Shown here in pieces: positions 8,966-18,093 of a stretch of 55,637 bases of DNA. The position numbers were made by a program, and so were the translations under genes. The notes under the pieces were generated by a model that ran no database searches, was not told the origin of the DNA, and was given only the letters and a program-made list of their open reading frames with translations. Each line of letters begins with the position of its first letter. Positions within the stretch are counted from its first letter, which is position 1. Origin of the DNA: an uncultured Paenibacillaceae bacterium (GTDB lineage: Bacteria > Bacillota > Bacilli > Paenibacillales > CAYUSG01). The stretch covers positions 1 to 55,637 of the forward strand of contig CAYUSG010000004.1 in NCBI GenBank assembly GCA_964447355.1, read 5' to 3'.

Positions 8966-10483
8966 ATGGATCTCATAAGGTTGCAAGCATCTGATTTATT
9001 GTATCTGCTGCCGGAGTTGACCTTGGTTATCTCCGCTATCATATTGTCATTGGCAGACTTGTTCATGAAGCGAGATGCCAACCGCCAAATTCTAGGCTGG
9101 TTAGCGCTGGTTGGGATTGTGGTATCGGCCATATTCGTCATAAGGCAGATCAATCCTGCGGAGACTATCCAATTGCTGAACCACAGCTATCGCATAGACG
9201 ATTACGCTAATCTATTCAAATTAGTGTTCCTGACGGGCACGTTCTTCGTTATTTTTAACAGTATTGGATGGGTTAGAAACAGCGGCATTCAGCATGAAGG
9301 AGAATATTATTATCTGATACTGCCGGCGACATTAGGCGGCATGGTCATGGCGTCTTCAGGGGACCTTATTACGTTGTTTGTTGGTCTTGAATTGCTGAGT
9401 ATTACCTCCTACATCTTAGTAGGCTTAAGGAAGAATAACGATCAATCCAATGAAGGAGCGTTTAAGTACGTGATTCAAGGGGGAATCGCCTCGGCGTTCA
9501 TTCTATATGGCATGTCCTTCCTTTATGGATTGACAGGCTCGACGAACTTAGGACACATTCGGATGGGGCTGTTAGGTGCAGCAGGTGATAACCATGCTTT
9601 AATTTATGTCAGCTTCTTCTTAATGCTGGTCGGTTTTGGCTTCAAAATTGCTGCAGCGCCATTCCACCAATGGGCCGCGGATGTGTATCAAGGTGCTCCT
9701 ACGCCCATCACTTCATTTCTTGCAGTCGTATCGAAGGCAGCTGGCTTTGCGATTCTGTTTAGGGTTGTCTATAATGTGTATTTTGGTGTGGGATCGCAGG
9801 CGATGCCGACCATGCACGATGATATGTTCTTAACCTTGAGTGTGCTTGCGGCTGCTGCAATGATCATGGGTAACGTCTTGGCATTAAGACAGAAGAACAT
9901 CAAGCGCCTGCTTGCGTATTCAGGCGTAGCCAACGCAGGGTATTTGCTGGTTCCAATTGCCTCCCAATTTGGATTAGTGCATTACAGCAACTTTTCTGAG
10001 TTTATTTTTTACATGATTGCATATGTCTTCATGAACCTAGGGATCTTTGCAGTGGTACTCGTGGTTACGAATGCGGTTCGTCATGATGAATTAAGCGGGT
10101 TTGCTGGATTGTATTACCGGGCACCCTATACGGCTGTCGCGGCTATCATACTGATTCTGTCGCTGGCGGGAATTCCGGTTACCGGAGGATTCTTCGGCAA
10201 GATCTATATTCTGCTTGGGACGTTACAAACGCAACATTATGTGCTGGCGGGTATTCTGATGGCCACGAGTGTCATATCCTACTTTTATTACTTTGGGATT
10301 ATTCGTCAAATGTTCATGCGCTCGTCCAATGCAGAATATCCTGTGACCGTACGCTGGAATGTGGGCGTTACAATATGGATTTGTGCCTTCGTCACTGTGT
10401 TATTAGGTGTCATTCCGCATATCGTCATTGGTTATATCCAAGACATCTTCTCCTTAGTGAGTGACTTTTTTATTCTTGGATAA
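8966..10483 (+). CDS. nuoN: NADH-quinone oxidoreductase subunit N (ND2-like)
   Basis: APFHQWAADVYQGAPTPITSFL string. 505 aa. Last gene of the operon. Confidence 0.95.
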   Translation: MDLIRLQASDLLYLLPELTLVISAIILSLADLFMKRDANRQILGWLALVGIVVSAIFVIRQINPAETIQLLNHSYRIDDYANLFKLVFLTGTFFVIFNSIGWVRNSGIQHEGEYYYLILPATLGGMVMASSGDLITLFVGLELLSITSYILVGLRKNNDQSNEGAFKYVIQGGIASAFILYGMSFLYGLTGSTNLGHIRMGLLGAAGDNHALIYVSFFLMLVGFGFKIAAAPFHQWAADVYQGAPTPITSFLAVVSKAAGFAILFRVVYNVYFGVGSQAMPTMHDDMFLTLSVLAAAAMIMGNVLALRQKNIKRLLAYSGVANAGYLLVPIASQFGLVHYSNFSEFIFYMIAYVFMNLGIFAVVLVVTNAVRHDELSGFAGLYYRAPYTAVAAIILILSLAGIPVTGGFFGKIYILLGTLQTQHYVLAGILMATSVISYFYYFGIIRQMFMRSSNAEYPVTVRWNVGVTIWICAFVTVLLGVIPHIVIGYIQDIFSLVSDFFILG

Positions 10484-10523
10484 GTATAATTGATGCAAAA
10501 AAGTTGTTTGAATACAACCATTG

Positions 10524-10560
10524 AGTAAGCCTTTCCAAACGGAAAGGCTTACTTTATATT
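10524..10560 (+). terminator. rho-independent terminator of the nuo operon
   Basis: Perfect 13-bp stem AGTAAGCCTTTCC / GGAAAGGCTTACT, loop AAAC, then a T-rich tail. Confidence 0.9.
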
Positions 10561-10581
10561 TCATTCCTCCAAGAAAAGGAA

Positions 10582-10610
10582 TCCACAGGTAAATCTAGAA
10601 TTGTTATAAT
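10582..10610 (+). promoter_or_regulatory. putative extended -10 promoter for the S8 protease gene
   Basis: TCCACA, a 17-nt spacer, then TGTTATAAT (TGnTATAAT at 10602-10610). Confidence 0.5.
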
Positions 10611-10673
10611 TAGATAAAACTGACACCAAGATTACAGTTCGAGGAACCATATTAAATACTCGAGGGTGGAATA

Positions 10674-13493
10674 TTGAATACTATGTGTTTATATACTAAA
10701 CATCGGAATCGGATAGTACGATGCTTTGTGCTGCTTTTGGCTTTGATTGTGATGGTATCAGCTGTGGGACATGGAGGTTATCATGCGCTTGCAGCGATCG
10801 AGCTTGAGCAAGAGCACGAGTCAAATGCAGAGGTACCGTTGACGGAGACTTGGATCGTACGCTGGATTGGTGATGTCGATCCGGAATTTCGGAAGCAAAG
10901 TTGTATTGTAAGTGAATATAAAGAATCGGGTGTTACGGTGGCTCGTCCTAAAGCATCTACAGATTTGGACATGTGGTTGCAACACTGGAGCCAATCACCC
11001 GATGTGCTCTATATGACGAAGAATGAAAGAGTTCGGATCTCTGCCAAAGCGAATGATCCTTATCGTAGTGTGCAGGATTATCTGGATCAAATCAAAGTGG
11101 AAGGCGCTTGGGACGTAGTTCATAGTAATACGGATATTACCATTGCCATTATAGATACTGGGGTCGACCTTGATCACGAGGATTTAAAAGATAAAATAGT
11201 GCCGGGCATTAATCTAATTAATCCGGGGCAGAAGCCTCAGGATGATAACGGGCACGGTACGAATGTTGCTGGTATTATTGCCGCTTCGGGGAATAACGAT
11301 ATCGGTACAACTGGCATTGTGTGGAATACCAATATTATGCCTATTAAAGCAATCGAAGCTGATGGTTATGGTGATGTCGATAAGCTGGGTGAAGGCATTC
11401 GATACGCAGTGGATCATGGTGCAAAGATTGTAGTGTTATCGCTCGGATTGTATAACGATTCTCCATATATGAGAGAGATTGTGGGATATGCTGAGAAGCA
11501 GGGCGTTTTGTTAGTTGCAGCCACAGGGAATGACGGGGCTGAGGTGAAGTTCCCAGCAGCCTATCCAACGGTATTAGCTGTCGGAGGGGCGACATCCAGC
11601 AATAAAGTCGCGGCTGGCTCTAACTTCGGATCGGAAGTGGACGTTGTGGCGCCGTGGGATGTGATTGTGACCAGCTTGGATGGGGATTATAACTATAATG
11701 AAGGGACGTCGATGGCAGCACCGCAGGTAGCAGGTGTAGCGGCCCTCATTCTGGCCAAATATCCTAATTTCGAACCGTATCAAATTCGCAACCTCATCCG
11801 CCAAACAGCCCAAGACATTGGAACAGCAGGGTGGGACCCTCAGACGGGATACGGATTGCTGCGGGCAGACCGTGCATTATCGCAGCCTTATAAAGCAGAT
11901 ATGTATGAGCCTAATAATAGAGCCGCTTCAGCGAAGCCGCTTCCGTTAGAAAACGCTATTAACGCCGAATTATCGGGTGGAAATGATGAGGATTGGTATA
12001 CATTACAAGCGCCGTTTCATGGCAGCATCGTTATTCAATTTAAAGCTGCAATTCAGAAAGATATGCCTGTCAAACTGGTTCACCATATTAATAAGGAGCA
12101 ACACGTCTATGACATTACGGGAACCACTGCCATTCGACTAGATGGGCGTAAAGGTCAAAGCACGCTCCAGATCAAGTATACCGACAGTGCGGTAAAAGCG
12201 AGCTTAAACTACCAAATCACAGCACATTTTCAAATAGAAAAAGACAGCTTTGAAGATAATGACCGCCAATTTAAAGCTTATTCGTTATCACCGAAATCCC
12301 AGCAGTTAACGGGAACCTTTCATCAGATCAATGACCAGGACTGGTTTACGGTTCATTTTGATCAACCGGGTTCATTACGTGTTAAACTAGCAGTCGATTC
12401 GAATCGAATCAATCCTGCTATCATGATTCAGAAGCAAGGGGAAAAAGCGATTTTAATTGATGACAATCGAGAAGGCATAACAGAGTACTCCAAGCTGATA
12501 GATGTATTGCCGGGGAAATACTATATTTTAGTGTCTAACGTTATTTCCGATCATGCTGCTCCAGTCGCAGGACAGTATACTTTAGGTCTTGATTACACTA
12601 AGAAATTTGTAGATCCGAACGAACCGAATAATAAAGCGTTCCAAGCCACCACGATTGTAAAGACAAGTGAATTCCACGGGGTTATAGATAAGGCTTCTGA
12701 TGTGGATTGGTATAAGTTCACTTTAAACGAAGCTAACTATGTAACGTTGTCATTAGCCAATATACCTAGTGGGCGGCATATTTCCTTAAGCTTGCTTGAT
12801 CAAAGCCAGAATCGTTTGAGCATTAAGGTCAATCAGAAGGATGAGCGGCAATTATCGTTAGGCCAGAAGCTGAAGAAGGGAACTTATTATATCAGGGTAA
12901 CAGCGGATGCTGAATTTACTTATCAGATGTATAAGTTGTCCTATAAATCTGATAAGCTAGTAAACGGTTATAGAGATATCGCACAGCACTGGGCTCTAGA
13001 AGCTATAGCGGAATTAAGCCAGGCATCTGTTATTAAAGGATACGAAGATGCCACTTTTAGACCTAATGCTTCCATTACGAGGGCGGAAGCTGCAGCCTTA
13101 TTATCAAGAGCAATGGAACTGAAAGGAACGTTTAATCGAACCTCCTATTCTGACGTTTCCGAGAATCATTGGGCATTTAATGGCATTCATCAAGCGAAAC
13201 AGGCAGGCTTGGTTGTAGGGTACGAGAACCGTACATTTGCACCGAATCGAGAAATTACGCGTGCGGAAATGGCGGTCATGCTTGCAAGAGCTGCGGACAT
13301 AAATGGTACTACAAAGGGTACTTCGCCGTTTACAGATGTAACCAACCAACACTGGGCAGCACCTGTTCTAAAAGCAATGGAGCAAGAAGGCTGGATTGCT
13401 GGTTTTGAAGATCGTACGTTTAAGCCTAATGCACCGGGGACGAGGGCAGAATTTGCTTGGTTAGTGTATCAAATGATGTATGAACAAAGGTAG
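10674..13493 (+). CDS. secreted S8 (subtilisin-family) serine peptidase with three PPC-like domains and three C-terminal SLH domains
   Basis: Signal peptide. Catalytic strings IIDTGVD, HGTNVAG and GTSMAAPQVAG. Three (Y/F)E(P/D)N(N/D)...DW(Y/F) modules at about 11901-12960. Three SLH repeats at about 12967-13490. TTG start 4 nt after GGGTGG. Confidence 0.9.
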   Translation: MNTMCLYTKHRNRIVRCFVLLLALIVMVSAVGHGGYHALAAIELEQEHESNAEVPLTETWIVRWIGDVDPEFRKQSCIVSEYKESGVTVARPKASTDLDMWLQHWSQSPDVLYMTKNERVRISAKANDPYRSVQDYLDQIKVEGAWDVVHSNTDITIAIIDTGVDLDHEDLKDKIVPGINLINPGQKPQDDNGHGTNVAGIIAASGNNDIGTTGIVWNTNIMPIKAIEADGYGDVDKLGEGIRYAVDHGAKIVVLSLGLYNDSPYMREIVGYAEKQGVLLVAATGNDGAEVKFPAAYPTVLAVGGATSSNKVAAGSNFGSEVDVVAPWDVIVTSLDGDYNYNEGTSMAAPQVAGVAALILAKYPNFEPYQIRNLIRQTAQDIGTAGWDPQTGYGLLRADRALSQPYKADMYEPNNRAASAKPLPLENAINAELSGGNDEDWYTLQAPFHGSIVIQFKAAIQKDMPVKLVHHINKEQHVYDITGTTAIRLDGRKGQSTLQIKYTDSAVKASLNYQITAHFQIEKDSFEDNDRQFKAYSLSPKSQQLTGTFHQINDQDWFTVHFDQPGSLRVKLAVDSNRINPAIMIQKQGEKAILIDDNREGITEYSKLIDVLPGKYYILVSNVISDHAAPVAGQYTLGLDYTKKFVDPNEPNNKAFQATTIVKTSEFHGVIDKASDVDWYKFTLNEANYVTLSLANIPSGRHISLSLLDQSQNRLSIKVNQKDERQLSLGQKLKKGTYYIRVTADAEFTYQMYKLSYKSDKLVNGYRDIAQHWALEAIAELSQASVIKGYEDATFRPNASITRAEAAALLSRAMELKGTFNRTSYSDVSENHWAFNGIHQAKQAGLVVGYENRTFAPNREITRAEMAVMLARAADINGTTKGTSPFTDVTNQHWAAPVLKAMEQEGWIAGFEDRTFKPNAPGTRAEFAWLVYQMMYEQR

Positions 13494-13502
13494 TGATATG
13501 AA

Positions 13503-13754
13503 ATGGATGTCTGGAGCAGTAACGCTGACGTTCTGGGGGTGAACGGTCTCGTTCACATCGTAGTCTCCATTATATGCATTGGTATTAGCTGGTGGGCTTT
13601 GCAGGTTTTCAAATTCGATCTATTCGTCAAAAGTCCGAAAGGCCCACAGGCTAAGGCGTTGCAGATCATTCTCTCCATCGTGCTTGGATACGAGTGTGCA
13701 AGCTTTATTATGGATTATGCAGAGTGGTCTGCCTTATTAAAATGGATGGTGTAA
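13503..13754 (+). CDS. small membrane protein, YwzB/DUF1146-like
   Basis: 83 aa, two hydrophobic helices. SWWALQ...F string. Sits upstream of murA as in B. subtilis (from memory). Confidence 0.75.
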   Translation: MDVWSSNADVLGVNGLVHIVVSIICIGISWWALQVFKFDLFVKSPKGPQAKALQIILSIVLGYECASFIMDYAEWSALLKWMV

Positions 13755-14072
13755 CAGGTGCTCGAAGAATAACTACTCGGTTTCTTGTCAACAATGTTTA
13801 ATACAACGGTCCAAAAACGACTAGGATGAACGAACTATTATGGGTGCCTATTTGGAGAGCTTTCATAATAAGTGTCTTCTTTTCGGGTCCGATGCGCAGC
13901 CAATAAGTCCCTATTGTGCTTATGAATCATGCAATGTTAAACTGTACATGTTTGGCAAAATACGGGCAATATACGGTCATATTGAAATTATAATGAGGGA
14001 TTATACATTGGGCTTTTTATGCGCATATGTTCAACGAAGAATGACGATAAAAGACGCGGAGGGAATTGAATA

Positions 14073-15398
14073 ATGGACAAAATCATCGTCCGCGGTGGCA
14101 AACGTTTATCGGGAAGAGTGAAGGTCAGCGGGGCAAAGAACGCAGTATTGCCAATTATTGCAGCTTCGATCCTGGGGGTAAAAGGGCAGAGTATCATTCA
14201 TGATGCTCCTGCACTTGATGATGTGGAAACGATCAGCAAAGTATTATCGGCCCTTGGCATCGAAGTTACATACGAAGACGAAACCATTGTCGTGAATGCA
14301 GAGCGTATTACAAGTATCGAAGCTCCTTATGAGCTCGTACGAAAAATGCGTGCTTCATTTCTCGTCATGGGTCCATTGCTCGCAAGAAGCGGGCATGCCA
14401 GGATTGCCCTTCCAGGAGGATGTGCCATCGGTACCAGACCGATAGATCAGCATCTTAAAGGCTTTGAAGCCATGGGAGCAGAAATTGGATTAGGTCAAGG
14501 CTTTATTGAAGCGAAGATTGAAGGGCGGCTTAAAGGCGCCAAAATATATTTGGATGTTGCCAGTGTTGGCGCAACAGAGAATATTATGATGGCTGCAACA
14601 TTGGCGAGCGGTACAACGCTTATTGAGAATGCTGCAAAGGAGCCGGAAATCGTAGATCTAGCCAACTATCTCAATAGTATGGGGGCAAAGGTGCGCGGGG
14701 CTGGAACCGGGATCATTCGCATTGACGGCGTTGAAGAGCTTAAAGGTGCTGTACATACGGTCATTCCTGATCGCATTGAGGCGGGAACGTTTATGATCGC
14801 GGCCGCGATCACTCGCGGGGATGTCTTTGTCGAGAATGCGATTGCGGATCATTTAAGACCTGTTATTTCAAAAATGCAGGAGATGGGTGTTACGGTGCTT
14901 GAAGAAGAGGAAGGAATTCGTGTGACAGCGGAAGCTTCCTTGCAAGCGGTTGATGTGAAGACGTTGCCATATCCGGGATTCCCGACTGATATGCAATCTC
15001 AGATGATGGCGCTGCTGCTTACTTCTGAAGGCACGAGCATTGTCTCGGAAACGGTATTTGAGAATCGCTTTATGCATGTAGATGAATTCAAGAAGTTAAA
15101 TGCCCAAATTAAAGTCGAAGGCAGAACAGCTGTGGTGACAGGACCTGCCGAGCTTTCAGGCGCGAAGGTGTGCGCTACCGATTTGCGCGCAGGAGCGGCA
15201 TTAATCTTAGCAGGACTTGTGGCCGAGGGTGAAACAGAAATTGAAGGCATCCACCATATCGAGCGCGGATACGTGCAGGTAGCTCAGAAGCTCTCGAAAC
15301 TCGGGGCAGATATAAAGAAAGTAACCATAGCGCAGGAACAATCTTCGATTATGAAGGAATCCGCCCCGATTATTAAAATTCAACCGACATTAGCTTAA
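14073..15398 (+). CDS. murA: UDP-N-acetylglucosamine 1-carboxyvinyltransferase
   Basis: [29 protein letters not shown]-terminus, active-site [15 protein letters not shown], 441 aa. Confidence 0.96.
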   Translation: MDKIIVRGGKRLSGRVKVSGAKNAVLPIIAASILGVKGQSIIHDAPALDDVETISKVLSALGIEVTYEDETIVVNAERITSIEAPYELVRKMRASFLVMGPLLARSGHARIALPGGCAIGTRPIDQHLKGFEAMGAEIGLGQGFIEAKIEGRLKGAKIYLDVASVGATENIMMAATLASGTTLIENAAKEPEIVDLANYLNSMGAKVRGAGTGIIRIDGVEELKGAVHTVIPDRIEAGTFMIAAAITRGDVFVENAIADHLRPVISKMQEMGVTVLEEEEGIRVTAEASLQAVDVKTLPYPGFPTDMQSQMMALLLTSEGTSIVSETVFENRFMHVDEFKKLNAQIKVEGRTAVVTGPAELSGAKVCATDLRAGAALILAGLVAEGETEIEGIHHIERGYVQVAQKLSKLGADIKKVTIAQEQSSIMKESAPIIKIQPTLA

Positions 15399-15421
15399 CC
15401 GAATCTGATATGTATTCAGGC

Positions 15422-15466
15422 AAGAGACCCTATGTAATGAAAGCACAGGGTCTCTTCTTTTTGTTT
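15422..15466 (+). terminator. rho-independent terminator after murA
   Basis: Perfect 10-bp stem AAGAGACCCT / AGGGTCTCTT followed by CTTTTTGTTT. Confidence 0.9.
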
Positions 15467-15500
15467 ATATTCTATTATATTGTGTAGTCTTTCACAGGTT

Positions 15501-15527
15501 CTATCCTATTAAATGACCTCATACATT
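15501..15527 (+). promoter_or_regulatory. putative sigma-E-type promoter of spoIID
   Basis: CATACATT at 15520-15527 matches the sigma-E -10 consensus CATACAnT. The -35 region (CTAT) is only weakly matched. Confidence 0.35.
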
Positions 15528-15579
15528 TAAACTAGAAAGGAGCTAGATCACAGACCTATCAAATGTTGGGGGAATTTAG

Positions 15580-16659
15580 ATGAAGCAGCAGACACGTAAG
15601 ATATTAATCATTAACATTGGAATCTGGAGCAGTATTCTGCTTATTCTATCGATTGTCATACCAGGTATATTGGTGAAAGAATTTTCTGTACAAGAAAAAT
15701 GGGATTTCCTTGCACAACCATCGGTCCCATTAGATGACGATGGACCAGATCTAACAGTACCTGTATATTTAACTGAGAAGAACATAGTGCAGCATATCCC
15801 CTTGGAACATTACGTAAGAGGTGTGTTGGCAGCTGAAATGCCAACGGAATTTGAGCTCGAGGCTTTGAAGGCGCAAGCTATTGCAGCAAGGACCTATATT
15901 GTTAGAAGAATGATGAAGCAGGACGTGAGCGGGGTTCCGGTCGAACAAGCCATCGTAACCGATTCGGAATTACATCAAGTATTCCTGACTGAAGAAGATA
16001 TGAGGGAACGCTGGGGTATTTTCGAATATAGCAACAACCTTAATAAACTGAACCGGGCTGTTAATGAGACGAAGCATTTAGTCGCAACCTATCATGGTGA
16101 ACCAATTCAAGCGACCTTCTTCTCTACAAGCAACGGGTACACTGAGAATTCAGAGGATTACTGGCAGGATAAAATTCCTTATTTGCGAAGTGTGCCTAGT
16201 CCATGGGATGCCGAATTGTCTCCGAGATACAAACAAACGACCGACATTAAACTGAATGAGCTGTATGACAAGCTGAAGATTAGTTCCATTCCGGCCACAA
16301 CTCAGTCTTGGAACATACTTGAACGCACAGAGGGCAAGCGGATTAAGCAGATCAACATAGGCGGAAAGCAGTTTACCGGCAGGGAGATTAGAGAAGCTTT
16401 AGGCTTGCCTTCATCGTTATTCCAATGGACAGTGAAGGGAGATACTGTCACTTTCACCACCTTTGGATATGGTCATGGTGTGGGGATGAGCCAGTGGGGG
16501 GCTCAGGGAATGGCGAGCGAAGGCAGAAGCGCTGAGGAAATTCTGGAATATTACTATCAAGGGGTTGCCATTGAATCGTTTGAGGGGCTTGAGGCTGAAT
16601 CGGCAATCATGGCTTGGACGAATGCAATGCATAATCAAGCGACATCTGGGACAAATTAA
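15580..16659 (+). CDS. spoIID: stage II sporulation protein D (lytic transglycosylase)
   Basis: N-terminal anchor. FFSTSNGYTENSEDYW and GHGVGMSQWGA motifs. Synteny after murA. Confidence 0.93.
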   Translation: MKQQTRKILIINIGIWSSILLILSIVIPGILVKEFSVQEKWDFLAQPSVPLDDDGPDLTVPVYLTEKNIVQHIPLEHYVRGVLAAEMPTEFELEALKAQAIAARTYIVRRMMKQDVSGVPVEQAIVTDSELHQVFLTEEDMRERWGIFEYSNNLNKLNRAVNETKHLVATYHGEPIQATFFSTSNGYTENSEDYWQDKIPYLRSVPSPWDAELSPRYKQTTDIKLNELYDKLKISSIPATTQSWNILERTEGKRIKQINIGGKQFTGREIREALGLPSSLFQWTVKGDTVTFTTFGYGHGVGMSQWGAQGMASEGRSAEEILEYYYQGVAIESFEGLEAESAIMAWTNAMHNQATSGTN

Positions 16660-16725
16660 AAAATTAAACACACCTCAGGTATAAACAGCCTCGATCTGGC
16701 AACAATGATTGCTGAGGTGATATAT

Positions 16726-17457
16726 ATGAGTGAAAACAATAACAAACACTTAGAAGAACACGATCAAGCTCCTAATTCTACGCAGGGGCAAGCTGCATCT
16801 TCACCATCCTATAAGAAGGTGATGTCGAAGAAGTGGATATTTCCAGCAATGTATATGGCAGCGGCAGCAATCATTTTAAGTTTAATGTGGGCCTATCAAG
16901 ATTCAGGGCAGGATACTGTAACTGAAGCCGAATTAGGTATGGACCCCATTGTGGTAGGCGGGGACCCCATTGACCTGCCAGACCAAGATGCCATTGCGGT
17001 GACAGCCAAGACAGAAACGATGCAATGGCCAGTCATAGACCGTGAGGCATTGCAAGTGATTACGCCTTTTTACGAGCAGAATGCAGATCCAGAAGCTAAG
17101 CAGGCCGCTATGATTGAGCACGACAATACATACATTCCCAGCACAGGCATTTCCTTAGCAGCTGAGGACAACTCAGCCTTTGAAGTTCTAGCAGCGATGT
17201 CAGGTAAGGTTACTAGAGTTGAAAATGTGCCTCTATTAGGGAATCTAGTTGAAATTACACATGAGGATGGATTGAAAACGATCTATCAGAGCTTGTCTGA
17301 TGTAGCCGTTTCGCTGGATCAAGAGGTAGCTCAAGGTGATGTGATTGCCAAAGCGGGACGTAATGAGCTTCAGAAAGATGCGGGCGTCCATGTTCATTTT
17401 GAAATCCACCAGCAAGATCAGCCAGTGAATCCAGAAACATTCTTGATGGAATCATAA
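16726..17457 (+). CDS. spoIIQ: membrane-anchored M23/LytM-domain protein, SpoIIQ-like
   Basis: GAGGTGA before ATG 16726. Single TM helix. LytM domain keeps HVHFEIH but has STGISL where the HxGxD motif is expected. Lies between spoIID and spoIIID. Confidence 0.7.
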   Translation: MSENNNKHLEEHDQAPNSTQGQAASSPSYKKVMSKKWIFPAMYMAAAAIILSLMWAYQDSGQDTVTEAELGMDPIVVGGDPIDLPDQDAIAVTAKTETMQWPVIDREALQVITPFYEQNADPEAKQAAMIEHDNTYIPSTGISLAAEDNSAFEVLAAMSGKVTRVENVPLLGNLVEITHEDGLKTIYQSLSDVAVSLDQEVAQGDVIAKAGRNELQKDAGVHVHFEIHQQDQPVNPETFLMES

Positions 17458-17464
17458 AAAGGAA

Positions 17465-17507
17465 GACAGAGGGACCCCTAGACCAAGGGAATTCCTCTGT
17501 TTTTTTG
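17465..17507 (+). terminator. probable terminator after the spoIIQ-like gene
   Basis: CAGAGG / CCTCTG stem followed by TTTTTTT. Confidence 0.6.
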
Positions 17508-17584
17508 TGCGTTTTAATACATATTGGGACGGCCCGTCCTCAAAATATTTGTACACAAATTGGCTTGTCAGGCTTGGAAACAAA

Positions 17585-17612
17585 GAATATATAGCCCTTG
17601 ACCTCATATAAT
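17585..17612 (+). promoter_or_regulatory. putative sigma-E-type promoter of spoIIID
   Basis: GAATAT (17585-17590), a 14-nt spacer, then CATATAAT (17605-17612). Compare sigma-E consensus kmATATT-n14-CATACAnT. Confidence 0.45.
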
Positions 17613-17645
17613 GTACCAATCTATTCAGAGCAGGGAGGCGAGGGC

Positions 17646-17933
17646 GTGCACGATTACATCAAAGAGCGGACCATTAAGATTGGACGCTGTCTAGTGGAGA
17701 CCAAACAAACAGTCAGAACCATTGCCAAGGAATTCGGTGTCTCTAAAAGCACGGTGCACAAGGACTTAACCGAAAGATTGCCTGAAATTAATCCGGAGCT
17801 GGCCAATCAAGTGAAAGACATCTTAGAATACCATAAATCCATCAGACATTTGCGGGGAGGCGAAGCGACGAAGAAGAAATACCGGAAGGATGACGAGCTG
17901 GAAGAGAAGGCAATGATTGCTGGCAGATCATGA
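17646..17933 (+). CDS. spoIIID: sporulation transcriptional regulator SpoIIID
   Basis: GTG 17646 after AGGGAGG gives 95 aa starting VHDYIKERTIKIG...EFGVSKSTVHKDLTERLPEINP, nearly collinear with B. subtilis SpoIIID. The ORF-track start 17598 is too long. Confidence 0.93.
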   Translation: MHDYIKERTIKIGRCLVETKQTVRTIAKEFGVSKSTVHKDLTERLPEINPELANQVKDILEYHKSIRHLRGGEATKKKYRKDDELEEKAMIAGRS

Positions 17934-17991
17934 GGGGGTTCAAGATTAAGATTACATTTTCCAAAAAAAATCATGGCAGCGAAAAAGGATT

Positions 17992-18021
17992 TTGCCCCGC
18001 GATATCGAAGTTATCTATAAT
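17992..18021 (+). promoter_or_regulatory. putative sigma-A promoter of mbl
   Basis: TTGCCC, an 18-nt spacer, then TATAAT (18016-18021). Confidence 0.35.
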
Positions 18022-18093
18022 TCATGTGAAATTCGAACGCACTAATGTCTGCTCTAATGTGTGAACGGTATTGTTTAGGAGGATCCTTAACTT

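Noticed and set aside
13840-14073. 77-aa ORF in the spacer before murA
   Set aside because: It has no SD. It is AT-rich with unusual Cys/His-rich composition, and its stop overlaps the murA start context. It was treated as non-coding. The 318-nt spacer may hold the murA promoter, but I could not define it.
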